Positions 35,011-44,916 of a stretch of 64,000 nucleotides of DNA are shown one piece after another (within the stretch, counting starts at the first letter, position 1; every line of letters begins with the position of its first letter). The stretch covers positions 1-64,000 of the forward strand of contig JAGWLG010000009.1 of NCBI GenBank assembly GCA_028864975.1, in the 5' to 3' direction. Source of the DNA: Thermoplasmata archaeon (GTDB lineage: Archaea > Thermoplasmatota > Thermoplasmata > Lutacidiplasmatales > UBA184). A model generated the notes under the pieces. That model was not told where the DNA came from, searched no databases, and saw nothing but the letters and a program-made list of their open reading frames with translations. Made by a program: the position numbers and the translations under genes.

Positions 35011-36081
35011 ATGGACACCTACGCCTCCTCCCTGGGACGCATCAAGGCGACCGTCCCCGGGTTCCTTCGGAAAGACCTCTTCAACGCCCTCCTCGCTGCC
35101 CGGGACATCGGCGAAGTGGCGAAGCTCCTCGAGGGGACCTGGTACGGCGGGGAGATCACGCAGGCGATGGGGGCGCTCACGGGGGCCGAGGCGCTCGAGG
35201 TCGCGGTGAACCGTCAGTTCGTAAAGCTCAACCGCTTCGCCTACAACGCCTCTCCCTTCGCGGGGCGTCCCGTGGTGGGGGCGTACCTCCGTCGCTGGGA
35301 CATCGAGAACATCGGCGTCATCCTCTCCGCGAAGGCCTACGGGCGGTTGGTCTCCGAAGGGGAGAGCTTCCTCGTCTCCGACCGCGAGACCCCGGCGGGG
35401 CTCTCCGCCGGACTGCTCTCGATCGACGACCTGAGGGTCCTCTTGTCCCAGTCGTCCGTCGAGGGCGTCGCGAACCAGCTGGTCAAGTTCGGCTACGGGA
35501 CGGTCCTGCTCCAGCAGCTGGATGCGTTCAACACGAACCGCGACATCTTCCCGCTCATCCAGGCGCTGGAGAAGCAGTACTACGAGCAGCTCCTCGCCAT
35601 GGCCCGGTTCTTCCAGGGGGACGAGTGGGTCGTGCGCCAGTATCTCGCCAACGAGCTCGACGTCCGTAACCTGATGACGGTCCTCAAGGCCAAGGACCGG
35701 AAGATCGCCCTCGACGACGTCTCGCCGCTCTTCTTGGACGGGGGCACGTTCACCCAGAAGGCGCTGAGCGACCTCTCCAACCTCGCGAGCGTCCAGGAGA
35801 TCGTCGGGTCGGTCGGCTCGGCCGTGCCGCTCGCCGACGGGGTGCCGAGCTACACGGAGAACGGGAGCTTGACCGGGTTCGAGCTCGCGATGAAGCGGCA
35901 GCAGGCGGAGAAGAACCTGGTCCGGATGCGCCAGTACCCCCTCTCGCTCGCAGGCATCTTCGGGTTCCTCCTCCAGGCCGAGGTCGAGCGATCCGACTTG
36001 AGGAAGATCGTCTACGGAAAGGTCTACGGATGGTCCGGCGACCGGATCTCGAAGGACCTCATCTCGACGAAGCTAGCGTGA
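35011..36081 (+). CDS. atpC: A-type ATP synthase subunit C
   Basis: RWDIENI, ELDVRNL and ERSDLRKIVYGK. Confidence 0.9.
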   Translation: MDTYASSLGRIKATVPGFLRKDLFNALLAARDIGEVAKLLEGTWYGGEITQAMGALTGAEALEVAVNRQFVKLNRFAYNASPFAGRPVVGAYLRRWDIENIGVILSAKAYGRLVSEGESFLVSDRETPAGLSAGLLSIDDLRVLLSQSSVEGVANQLVKFGYGTVLLQQLDAFNTNRDIFPLIQALEKQYYEQLLAMARFFQGDEWVVRQYLANELDVRNLMTVLKAKDRKIALDDVSPLFLDGGTFTQKALSDLSNLASVQEIVGSVGSAVPLADGVPSYTENGSLTGFELAMKRQQAEKNLVRMRQYPLSLAGIFGFLLQAEVERSDLRKIVYGKVYGWSGDRISKDLISTKLA

Positions 36082-36267
36082 GCCGGGCCACGGTAGGTCC
36101 CTCACTTCCTCCGGAGGAAGAGCGCAGGACCGCTCGGAGTTGACCAAGAGCGTACCCTGATGTCTCACAGGGGCGGTGTGGGGGCCCACGTCAGCGCCCC
36201 CTTTGAGCGCTGCAAGGCCAGGTCCGCCGCCTGGAGATGGTAAGTAACCATCTTTGGTGCGACCCTC

Positions 36268-37512
36268 GTGGAACGCCGCCCTCTCATTGTTCTCTCCCTC
36301 TACCAACTGCTCTCGAGCAACCGCGGAGGGTTGTTCACCGTCTACTTCGTGCTCTTCCTGGCCAAGGACAAGGGGTCGTCGATCGCCGAAGGGTTGGTCA
36401 TCCTCTCGGCGGCGTACGTCGGAGCGAGCCTCATCGGACCGCTCGTCGGGAGATGGTCGGACTCCCTAGGTCGCCGCCGTCCGTTCCTCCTCGTGGGGGA
36501 GGTCGGCTCCCTGCCGCTCTTCCTCGCCGTCCCGTTCCTTCCCGGGTTCCTCCTTGCAGGCGCAGCGTTCGTGGCGGCCGAGGTGGTCCTGGCCTTCGGT
36601 TCTCCTGCGGTGAACGCCTTCGTCGCCGACGTGACGGGGGCGAAGGAGCGAGGTTGGGGATACGGGCTCCTCCAGGCGACGGGGGCCGCGGGAGCGATCG
36701 CAGGATTCCTTGTCGCAGGCTACCTCGTCGATCGCTTCGGCTACGTCGTCCTGTTCTACATGGTCGCGGCGGTGATGGTCGGCACCATCTCGATCGTTCT
36801 CTTCTTCGTTCCCGATACGAGAACGGCCCCGAGTGCGTCGCGCCGCCCCTGGCGGGAGCTCAAGGGCGTGGGGATCTTCTCGACCACGGTCTCCATCCGC
36901 GCGCTAGGAGCGGGAGCCGTGGTCACCTTCTATGGCGTGTACGCGGCCACCCTCGGCGCGAGCGCCTTCGAGATCAGCCTCATCGCCATCGCAGGGCTCG
37001 TCGTCACCGCCCTGCTCTCGGTGCCTCTAGGTCGCGTGGTCGATCGCATCGGAGAGGTCCAGGGGATGGTCTGGGGGACGACCATCAGCATCGTGGCCAT
37101 GGTCCTCTACCTCCTCGCTACGCGTTGGGAGGAGCTGGTCCCGGCCCGCGCGACCTACCAGGTCGGGTTTGCGCTGATGAATCCCGCGATGCTCTCGTGG
37201 GTGGCCCGGATCGCCCCGGAGGCGCGACGCGCGGAGTACCTGGGCTTCTTCGCTTTGATCAACTCGACGCTCTGGAGCTTGGGCCCGTTCGTCGGGGGGA
37301 TCGCGTACCAGCTCGCCGGGCCCTTCGGGCTCTTCCTCTTCGCCATCGTCGCCACGGTCATCTCGCTGGTCGCAATCGAGCTGATCTACGTGATCAGGGA
37401 GCGGCGGTGTCGGTCGGACCCTGATGTGCCGAGGAAGGAGAGCGGGCCGTCCAGCGCTGAGAGGCCGTCGGGCGCCGCAGCCCACGACCCTCTCAGGTCG
37501 AGCGGTGGGTGA
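36268..37512 (+). CDS. MFS transporter
   Basis: About 12 hydrophobic segments; GRWSDSLGRRR motif A. Confidence 0.9.
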   Translation: MERRPLIVLSLYQLLSSNRGGLFTVYFVLFLAKDKGSSIAEGLVILSAAYVGASLIGPLVGRWSDSLGRRRPFLLVGEVGSLPLFLAVPFLPGFLLAGAAFVAAEVVLAFGSPAVNAFVADVTGAKERGWGYGLLQATGAAGAIAGFLVAGYLVDRFGYVVLFYMVAAVMVGTISIVLFFVPDTRTAPSASRRPWRELKGVGIFSTTVSIRALGAGAVVTFYGVYAATLGASAFEISLIAIAGLVVTALLSVPLGRVVDRIGEVQGMVWGTTISIVAMVLYLLATRWEELVPARATYQVGFALMNPAMLSWVARIAPEARRAEYLGFFALINSTLWSLGPFVGGIAYQLAGPFGLFLFAIVATVISLVAIELIYVIRERRCRSDPDVPRKESGPSSAERPSGAAAHDPLRSSGG

Positions 37513-38344
37513 AGCCCCCGTTCTTGGGCCAGCTCTTCGAAGAGATGAGCGGAGGGAGCTTCTCGAGCGCCTGGAGCTCCTTCTGCCCGAGCTGCATCAG
37601 ATACATCCCCGAGGGCAGGAGCCGGAGGCTCCTTTCCTCCGGATCGTTCAAGAGCCGGAAGCTGAACCCGTCCACCCCTCCCTTGGCCTCGGTCGTGTAC
37701 CCCGAAACCTCCCAATCCTGGAGCACCTTCGTCAGGAAGGCTTCGAGCGCCCCACCCTTCCCGAGCGTGAAGAACGCTTGGGCGTGGATCCCCTTCCCTC
37801 CCGGAGCCAGGAAGAAGACCGGAGCCGCGGAAAGGGCACGTTCGCGCCCCTGGGTCACCTGGGTATCCGGGCCCTCCCCCACCGTCGGAAGCGCCCGGAC
37901 CTCGAGCGGGCTGCCCGGCGCACCGCGGATCTCCTTCAGCACCGAGTGCACCTTCTCGATCTCACCGTGGACATCGGCCACCGCGACGCCGTGCTGGGCC
38001 ATGTCCCGGCGGATGCTCTCCAGAGCGCCTCGAAGACGGCCGATCTCCGACCGGAGCAGCCGTGCGGTCTCCGTTCCGGGGGACTTGGCGGCCCGGGATC
38101 TGGGGGATTGGGACGATACCGAATCCTCGGCACCCGAGGGAGCACCCGACGAAGGCGGCAGTACCGCGGGCGTGTTCAGAAGTTCCGCGATCTCCCGCTC
38201 GAGGTCCTCTAACCCTGCCGGCGGGTCCTGCGTCCCATCTGACACCTCCGAAGGAAGGTCGCGGGGATCGGGCGACGCTCGGCGGTTCGCCGTGAACCGC
38301 TCGTCGGGCGTACCTGGCTCATCCCCAGGCATACGGAGGTGCAC
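37493..38344 (-). CDS. Hypothetical protein (coiled coil plus C-terminal globular domain)
   Basis: 283-aa ORF; start uncertain. Confidence 0.55.
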   Translation of the reverse strand: MHLRMPGDEPGTPDERFTANRRASPDPRDLPSEVSDGTQDPPAGLEDLEREIAELLNTPAVLPPSSGAPSGAEDSVSSQSPRSRAAKSPGTETARLLRSEIGRLRGALESIRRDMAQHGVAVADVHGEIEKVHSVLKEIRGAPGSPLEVRALPTVGEGPDTQVTQGRERALSAAPVFFLAPGGKGIHAQAFFTLGKGGALEAFLTKVLQDWEVSGYTTEAKGGVDGFSFRLLNDPEERSLRLLPSGMYLMQLGQKELQALEKLPPLISSKSWPKNGGFTHRST

Positions 38345-38364
38345 GTACGCCCTGGTGATAAACG

Positions 38365-40029
38365 TTGGGTCGCAATTCTGGCCAGGAGCTCGTCTACGGA
38401 TTCCGGAGCCTCACCCCTGCGGCCGTCAGACTTTCAAGCTCCGAGAAGATGCCCGGCTTTCCCATGGCCGCTCCGACCGGAGGAACCTCGTGGTCGGTGC
38501 CGGTGCTCCACGGTCCTTCCAGCGTTGATAACCTGCTCACGACCCTGGTCGCATGGGCCCGCCATCGCGGGAGGAACCCTCGCTCTTTCTATCTCAGCCT
38601 GGAGAACGACGGACGAACCCTCATGCTGCGGGGATTCGACCTCCCGCTCCTAAAGGACTTCCTCCGGTACGCCGAGTACAGTTCCGTACCGGCTTTGGAG
38701 TGCGGCCGCCCGACGGAGATCGCGGCGCCCTCTCCCGCATCCGCTTCCCTCCAGGAGGTGGTGGCCCCTGGCCCTCCACCCGCGCCGACGCCGTCGGCAG
38801 CGCCGACCCCCACGCGACCTCCCACGCTCTCGTCCTCGTCGATCCAGATGGTCCTCGGTACCGCACAGCTACTGGCGGACCGTTCCACCGACGTGCATAG
38901 CGCCGAGCACTGGGTGACCTCGATTCTCGCGACCCCGGACCTCAAACCGGAGGAGGTGGGTCTGCTGCTCAGGCTCATGCACGAACCGGAGCCGGAGGCG
39001 CTCCGTCTCGCGCTCGCCGAGAACTCGACCCTGCGCTCGCAGGGCGAGGCCCTCATGAAGGTCCCGTGCGAACAGATCCCCGACACCCTTCAAGCGTGGC
39101 TGGGTACGCCCAACCCTCCTCCTTCGGCTACGCCCGCGACGAACGCTCCTCCGTCTTCCGCACCGCCCTCTCCTCCGGCCGCTGCCGCAGACCCCGGATC
39201 GAAGAAGAAGGTCCGTCGGACAGCGCCCGTCGAGAGCGCTTCGGTCCCCACGCCCCCACCCCAGACCCCTGCACCGCCTCCACGCCCTACGGACAACGAG
39301 GTCCTGCTCCGCGTGCAGATCTTCGCGCGTGGTCTCGAGGCTCGGGCCCAGCACTGGCGCGAGGTCGCCTCCCGCCTCCGGGCAAGCCTGGCGCAAGGTT
39401 TCCCCGGGTTGGTGAGCGTGCTCGAGGGAGCGGTCTTCATCAACGAGGAGGAGCCGCGGGTCTCTTGGGTCGTGCCTCACAACAACTCAGCCGTGGTCAA
39501 GACCATCACCGGCTACGTGCACGAGTCGCACCAGCTCCTCCGGGAGGAGGCGACCCGACGTGCCACGGAGTCCGGGAGCTGGGTGGGGGAAGCGCGGCGC
39601 GAGACCTACGCGGCCCTCGAAACTGCCCGACGGAGCACCCAGCTCGCTCTCCGCCTGGGGGTCGAGCTCCGCTGGGTCGTGCTGCTCTCGACCGACTTCA
39701 ACGATGGCAAGGAGGAGGGGCTGGGTCTGCCCCTGGGAACCCGTCCACCGTGGGAAGGGACGCCTCCTCCCCCGACAGTGCCAACACTAGGATCTCCTTC
39801 CAAGACGACCCTCAAGAAGAAGGTCGTGCCCCTGGGCCCGCCAGCGCTCGCTCGGTTCTCCTCGGACATGGACGCCCCGCTGGAAGCCTGGCTGGAGAAG
39901 GGCGGGATCAAGGTCGGACTGCTGAGCCCCTCTGCCACGGCCGCGAATGTCGCCCCGCCGCCATCAACGGCGGTGCCCAAGGTGCCAACGACCGCAACCG
40001 TCGTGAGACCGGCTGCGCCGACCGCGTAG
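38365..40029 (+). CDS. Hypothetical Pro/Thr-rich multidomain protein
   Basis: 554-aa ORF (likely ATG at 38449 or 38464); globular segments separated by Pro-rich linkers. Confidence 0.6.
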   Translation: MGRNSGQELVYGFRSLTPAAVRLSSSEKMPGFPMAAPTGGTSWSVPVLHGPSSVDNLLTTLVAWARHRGRNPRSFYLSLENDGRTLMLRGFDLPLLKDFLRYAEYSSVPALECGRPTEIAAPSPASASLQEVVAPGPPPAPTPSAAPTPTRPPTLSSSSIQMVLGTAQLLADRSTDVHSAEHWVTSILATPDLKPEEVGLLLRLMHEPEPEALRLALAENSTLRSQGEALMKVPCEQIPDTLQAWLGTPNPPPSATPATNAPPSSAPPSPPAAAADPGSKKKVRRTAPVESASVPTPPPQTPAPPPRPTDNEVLLRVQIFARGLEARAQHWREVASRLRASLAQGFPGLVSVLEGAVFINEEEPRVSWVVPHNNSAVVKTITGYVHESHQLLREEATRRATESGSWVGEARRETYAALETARRSTQLALRLGVELRWVVLLSTDFNDGKEEGLGLPLGTRPPWEGTPPPPTVPTLGSPSKTTLKKKVVPLGPPALARFSSDMDAPLEAWLEKGGIKVGLLSPSATAANVAPPPSTAVPKVPTTATVVRPAAPTA

Positions 40030-40041
40030 GCCGATGTTCCC

Positions 40042-42141
40042 CTAGCTTGGGGGGGTCGGGGTCGGCGGGGGCACGGGTGCGGTCGTCGCCACGGCAGGGT
40101 GCTGAGGCAGTGTGAAGCTCCGCCGACCCCCGAAGGGCTTGAAGGGCTTGCCGTTCCCGGTGTAGAACTTGGAGAAGTACTCCACGTACATCAGCCGGGC
40201 CCCTTGGATCCCGGGCTCGAACACTCCGACGACGATGTTGAACACCGCCCCGACAAGGACCAAGACCACGGCCATCACGGCGTAGCCCACTCCGTGCGTG
40301 ATCATCGCGGTCTGTCCGTTCCCCCCCAGGACCGCGATGGAGTTGATGACGTAGGCCAGGATGACCGAGGCGAGGAGGATCCCCACGAGCCGTGCGTACG
40401 AAAGGACGTGGCTCACGATCGAGGGTAGCTCGATCGCTGCCAGACCCCCCTCGGTCAGGATGATCGTCGGGACCATTGCGACCGTGATGGCGATGAGGAC
40501 GTACTGGAACGGCTGGAAGGCGAGCGCGCTCGGACTGGGGTTGTTCGGCGTGATGAGCCAGGAGCCCGGGTAGGGGTGGTGGATGAGGGATAGCCCGAGG
40601 AGGGTGATCCCCCACGCGATCACGATCCAGGCGACCTTTCCGACGGCGTGCCTCGTCTCGTGGTGGAAGAGCTTGTTGAGCGCCCCGAAAACGAGGCCCA
40701 GCGTCACGGTGGCGAGCCCGATGTAGACGGAAAGGAGGAGGAGCTTCGCAATGTACGTGACCTGGCCGGGGAGGCTCCCCTTCCCGGGCCACAGGGCGAA
40801 GTCGAAGTGGTTCCCCGTGAGCTGCGCCAGAGAGAAGCCGAAGTACGCGTCGAACCCGACTCCCACGAAGATCCCGATGAGGCATCCGGGGACGAGGCAC
40901 TTCGCCAGCTGCTTCATCGCCGGAGCGGGCATGACCATCGTCGTGAACCGCACCAGGAACCCCGGTACAAGCGTCGGACCCGCCTTGGGGTTCCCGATCC
41001 GCCAGATCATCCAGAGGCAGACGGCGAGGATAAACGCCGCGTAACCGGCGTCGCCGATCATCAGCCCGAAGAAGAACGGGAAGACCACGGCGAAGACCAT
41101 CGTCGGGTCGATCTCGTCCGCCATCGGGAGCGAGAAGAAGCGGATGAAGAACTCGAAGACGTTCGTCCCCTTCGGGTTCCGCATCATCGTTGGGGCGTCG
41201 CCGGTCGCGGCGATGTCGTAGAGCTCCGTCCGGCCTCCGGTCACGCGCTCAAGCTCCGCGCGGAGACGAGGAACCTCGGGGGTCGGAACGAACCCCTCCA
41301 GGGCGAAAGCGTTCTTCGCGCCCGCGAGGCGGCCGTGGATGTCCGCCTTGCGGGCCTCCACCTGAAGCTGTTCCTCGATCGGGAGGATGGTGGCGTACCA
41401 TTCGTCCGAGATGCGACGAAGGCGCCCCTTCACCGCCGCGAGCTTCCCCTCGACATCGGCGAGCTCCTTCTCCAGACGCGGGACGAGCTCGCGAGGCGTC
41501 CCCTGGAGGTCAGGGGCGGCTGTGAGCCGCACGGAGTGCTTCTGGGCGAGCCGTCCGAACGCGTCCGCCCGCGCGCGCGGGACGGCGACCACGAAGCGGA
41601 CCTGCTTGGGAAGGGCCTCCTCGACGAACAGGACCTCGTGGGAGAGGGCGGCAACCTCCTCCCGGAAGGGCGCATACCGGTCGGTGGGGGACTCGCCGAG
41701 GTAGGAGAGGAGGCTGCGGGCCGTGAGGAGCGAGAGGTCCTCTGGGAAGAAGGCATACTCCCGGGCCAGCCGCAGATTGTCCTGGAGGACCTTGCGCTCT
41801 GTCAGGAGGCCATCCTCCTCGCGCTTCGCGGCGCGGACCTCCTCGTCGATCGTCATCTTGCTGGCCGCGCGCAGGAGCGCGGGGATGTCGGCGAAGTGCA
41901 CCCGCTTCTCGACGCGAACGGGTGGGAGCGCGGCCACGAGGGCCTTGAACCGCAGCAGCTCCTCGGCGAGCTTGCGGTGTTCCTCTCCGGCCCGCTCCGG
42001 GACCAGATGCGCCAACGCCTCCTTGCTGATCGCCTCGACCTGGACTACGCCCCGGTCGTGCAGGAACGAGAGGATCCGGTCCTCGTCGTCCCTCAGGCCC
42101 ACCAGGGCCACGCGAGACATCGGGGTCGGTCGAAGCGACAT
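40042..42141 (-). CDS. atpI: A-type ATP synthase subunit I/a
   Basis: PTMMRNP, FFGLMIGDAGY, LSYARLVG and RLMYVEYFSKFY. Confidence 0.95.
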   Translation of the reverse strand: MSLRPTPMSRVALVGLRDDEDRILSFLHDRGVVQVEAISKEALAHLVPERAGEEHRKLAEELLRFKALVAALPPVRVEKRVHFADIPALLRAASKMTIDEEVRAAKREEDGLLTERKVLQDNLRLAREYAFFPEDLSLLTARSLLSYLGESPTDRYAPFREEVAALSHEVLFVEEALPKQVRFVVAVPRARADAFGRLAQKHSVRLTAAPDLQGTPRELVPRLEKELADVEGKLAAVKGRLRRISDEWYATILPIEEQLQVEARKADIHGRLAGAKNAFALEGFVPTPEVPRLRAELERVTGGRTELYDIAATGDAPTMMRNPKGTNVFEFFIRFFSLPMADEIDPTMVFAVVFPFFFGLMIGDAGYAAFILAVCLWMIWRIGNPKAGPTLVPGFLVRFTTMVMPAPAMKQLAKCLVPGCLIGIFVGVGFDAYFGFSLAQLTGNHFDFALWPGKGSLPGQVTYIAKLLLLSVYIGLATVTLGLVFGALNKLFHHETRHAVGKVAWIVIAWGITLLGLSLIHHPYPGSWLITPNNPSPSALAFQPFQYVLIAITVAMVPTIILTEGGLAAIELPSIVSHVLSYARLVGILLASVILAYVINSIAVLGGNGQTAMITHGVGYAVMAVVLVLVGAVFNIVVGVFEPGIQGARLMYVEYFSKFYTGNGKPFKPFGGRRSFTLPQHPAVATTAPVPPPTPTPPS

Positions 42142-42166
42142 CTTGGATCCCTCGCGATGGGGTCGA

Positions 42167-42619
42167 TCACCGCGCGGGCACGGCGACAGTGGCCTTGGCG
42201 CCGCTTGCGGGGGCCTTCGCGGGTTCGCTCGTGACACGGGGGGTGTTCGGACGGAGGTCAGCGAAGACCGCCGACAGGATCTCGTCCAGCCGGTCCTCCA
42301 GCTCCCTGGCTCCGAACGAGCCCAAACGTCCGACCTCGACCTTCGCTTCTTCGACGATCTTGCGAGCTTCCACCTCGGCCTGGGCCCGGGCCTCGCGGAG
42401 CCGGGACGAACGGATCTCCTCCGCCACGCGTCGGGCGTCGGCCAAGGCCCGGTCCCGGGCAGCTTGGGCGTACTTGATCTTCGTCTCCCCTCGGGAACGG
42501 GCGTCCTCCAGCCTCTTCTGCCAGGTCGACTCGGTCTCCTTCAGTCGTCGGAGGCTCCCCACGGCGGCGGGGGGGACCGTGGAAGTGGTCGCGTGGCCTT
42601 CCTTCTCCTCAGCGCTCAT
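42167..42619 (-). CDS. atpH: A-type ATP synthase subunit H/G (peripheral stalk)
   Basis: Charged coiled coil LKETE...AQAEVEARKIVEEA directly upstream of atpI. Confidence 0.7.
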   Translation of the reverse strand: MSAEEKEGHATTSTVPPAAVGSLRRLKETESTWQKRLEDARSRGETKIKYAQAARDRALADARRVAEEIRSSRLREARAQAEVEARKIVEEAKVEVGRLGSFGARELEDRLDEILSAVFADLRPNTPRVTSEPAKAPASGAKATVAVPAR

Positions 42620-42645
42620 GCTTCTCGGCTCGCTCCCTCTCTCAT

Positions 42646-42774
42646 CTAGTGGCTCAGTACGTGGACCAGTACCCCGGCGAAGACGCCCAAGAGCCCCATG
42701 CGGACCAGGGAAAAGGCCCGGCGGACCCTCCAGTAGCGCCACGCTCCCTCGTTCGGGAACTCAAGCGGCGACAT
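42646..42774 (-). CDS. Possible 42-aa membrane peptide
   Basis: MSPLEFPNEGAWRYWRVRRAFSLVRMGLLGVFAGVLVHVLSH; overlaps the atpD stop and fills the gap to atpH. Confidence 0.35.
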   Translation of the reverse strand: MSPLEFPNEGAWRYWRVRRAFSLVRMGLLGVFAGVLVHVLSH

Positions 42775-43474
42775 CAGCCACCTCCCGGCGGGGACGGGAC
42801 CGGATCTCGCCCGCGCTCCGCTCTTCGGCCGGCGTCTCCGCGATCTCCTTCGCCTCGCGCTCCATCTTCCGCTTGACGCTCTTGAGCATCGCGAACGAGT
42901 CGCGCTCCATCTCATCGAAGCGGAACTTGATGTAACGGACCGTGTTGTTGAGCCTCGGCAGCACGACGTTCTCGATCGCGTTCGCCCTCCGCTTGGTCTT
43001 GTCGATCTCCTGGAGCAGACGGCGCATGGCGTTCTCCTTCTCGGCGACCGCCAGGACGACCTTGTAGATCTCCTGGTACCGGCGCAAGGACTCGTCCACG
43101 CTCGCCGGGAGATGGAGCAGGGCCTGGGCCTCCTTCGGGGAGTAGACCTCGCCCTGGAGCGAGGGGGTCTTGACCCCCATGACGTTGCGGCTCGCGATCT
43201 TCATCGCGGCCAGGGTCGGCAGCATCATCGAGATGTTCTCGAGGCGGATCGGCCCCTCGAACATCTCGGCCTTCCGGATGGCGTCGTAGCCCTCCTCGAA
43301 GCGCCGCCGCAGGTCGCCCCTGAGCTCGAAGGCCTGTTTCGCGATCGTCCGGAACTCGAGGATGAGGGCGGCGCGCTTGAGCTTGAGGAGCTTCAACCCC
43401 TTCCGTGCGAGGACGATCCTTCGCTTCGTGCGGATCAGCTCGATCCGCGTCGGTCGGATCGTTTCGCCTGGCAT
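42761..43474 (-). CDS. atpD: A-type ATP synthase subunit D
   Basis: PTRIEL, GLKLLKLKR and KTKRRANAIE. Confidence 0.95.
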   Translation of the reverse strand: MPGETIRPTRIELIRTKRRIVLARKGLKLLKLKRAALILEFRTIAKQAFELRGDLRRRFEEGYDAIRKAEMFEGPIRLENISMMLPTLAAMKIASRNVMGVKTPSLQGEVYSPKEAQALLHLPASVDESLRRYQEIYKVVLAVAEKENAMRRLLQEIDKTKRRANAIENVVLPRLNNTVRYIKFRFDEMERDSFAMLKSVKRKMEREAKEIAETPAEERSAGEIRSRPRREVADVAA

Positions 43475-43503
43475 GCCCTTCCCTTCGACGTCCGTCCGTC
43501 GGA

Positions 43504-44916
43504 TCAGGCCACCTTGGCCGGGGCGGGTTTGCGGTACTTCTGGATGTACTCGGGCTTGATCTTCTTGAGCTCGCGCTCGGGCAGCTCGGAGAGGACGTCC
43601 CATCCGATGCTGAGGGTCTCCTCGATGCTCCGGTCCTCGTCGTAGCCCTGGTTGATGAAGCGTTTCTCCAGTTTCTCGGCAACCCGTAGGTAGATGCGTC
43701 CCTCGGGGGTGAGCGCCTCCTCTCCCACGATCTGAGAAAGGGCCCTCTGGTCCTTTCCCTCGGCATAGCTCGAGAAGAGCTGGTCCTTGAGCCCGGCGTG
43801 GTCCTCGCGCGTCTTACCCTTGCCGATGCCCAAGCTCATGAGGCGGGAGAGCGAGAGCGACACGTCGATCGGAGGGTAGACGCCCCGTCGGTGCAGGTCG
43901 CGGCCCATCTCGGTCTGACCCTCGGTGATGTAGCCCGTAAGGTCGGGGATGGGATGCGTGCGGTCATCCGCCGGCATGGTCAGGATGGGGAACTGCGTGA
44001 TCGAGCCCTTTCGGCCCTTCATCCTCCCAGCCCGTTCGTAGATCTGGGCCAGGTCCGTGTACATGTATCCCGGATACCCGCGTCGTCCCGGAACCTCCTC
44101 GCGAGCGGCAGAGATCTCCCGAAGAGCCTCGCAGTAGTTCGTCATGTCGGTGAGGACGACCAGGACGTGCATGTCGCGCTCGTAGGCGAGGAACTCCGCG
44201 GTGGTGAGCGCCATGCGTGGCGTGATCACCCGCTCCATCGCGGGGTCGGAGGAGATGTTCAGGAAAACCACCGTTCGCTCGAGCGCACCCGTGCTCTCGA
44301 ACTCCCGTGTGAAGTAGTTCGCCTCCTCGCTCGTGATCCCCATCGCTCCGAAGACGACGGCGAAGTTCTCCGACGAGTTCAACACCTTCGCTTGCCGGAC
44401 GATCTGGGCGGCGACCTGATTATGGGGCATCCCCGCGCCGGAGAAGATCGGGAGCTTCTGGCCCCGGACGAGGGTGTTCATCCCGTCGATGGCGCTGATC
44501 CCCGTCTGGATGAACTCCGAGGGCTGGTCGCGAGAGTAGGGGTTCATCGCGTTCCCGACGATCTCGAACTTCTCCTTCGACACGATCTTGGGGCCGCCAT
44601 CGCGAGGCTGACCGAGTCCGTCGAAGACGCGCCCGAGCATCTCGTCGGAGCAGGCGAGCCGGGCGACATCGCCGGAGAACTTGACCGTGGTCGCGGTATC
44701 GTTCATCCCCAGGGTCGGTCCGAACACTTGGATGATGGCCAGACCACGTCGGGACTCGAGCACCTGGCCCGTACGGGTGACCCCGTCGGGTAGGGTGATC
44801 TCGACGATCTCCCCGTAGGCGGCGTTCGAGACCCCTTCCACGAAGAGGAGGGGCCCCGCGATACGTTCGATCGTTCGGTAGTCTACGGGCACGGGGGGCA
44901 GTGTGGAAGCGCTCAT
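43504..44916 (-). CDS. atpB: A-type ATP synthase subunit B
   Basis: [21 protein letters not shown] and [14 protein letters not shown]. Confidence 0.97.
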   Translation of the reverse strand: MSASTLPPVPVDYRTIERIAGPLLFVEGVSNAAYGEIVEITLPDGVTRTGQVLESRRGLAIIQVFGPTLGMNDTATTVKFSGDVARLACSDEMLGRVFDGLGQPRDGGPKIVSKEKFEIVGNAMNPYSRDQPSEFIQTGISAIDGMNTLVRGQKLPIFSGAGMPHNQVAAQIVRQAKVLNSSENFAVVFGAMGITSEEANYFTREFESTGALERTVVFLNISSDPAMERVITPRMALTTAEFLAYERDMHVLVVLTDMTNYCEALREISAAREEVPGRRGYPGYMYTDLAQIYERAGRMKGRKGSITQFPILTMPADDRTHPIPDLTGYITEGQTEMGRDLHRRGVYPPIDVSLSLSRLMSLGIGKGKTREDHAGLKDQLFSSYAEGKDQRALSQIVGEEALTPEGRIYLRVAEKLEKRFINQGYDEDRSIEETLSIGWDVLSELPERELKKIKPEYIQKYRKPAPAKVA

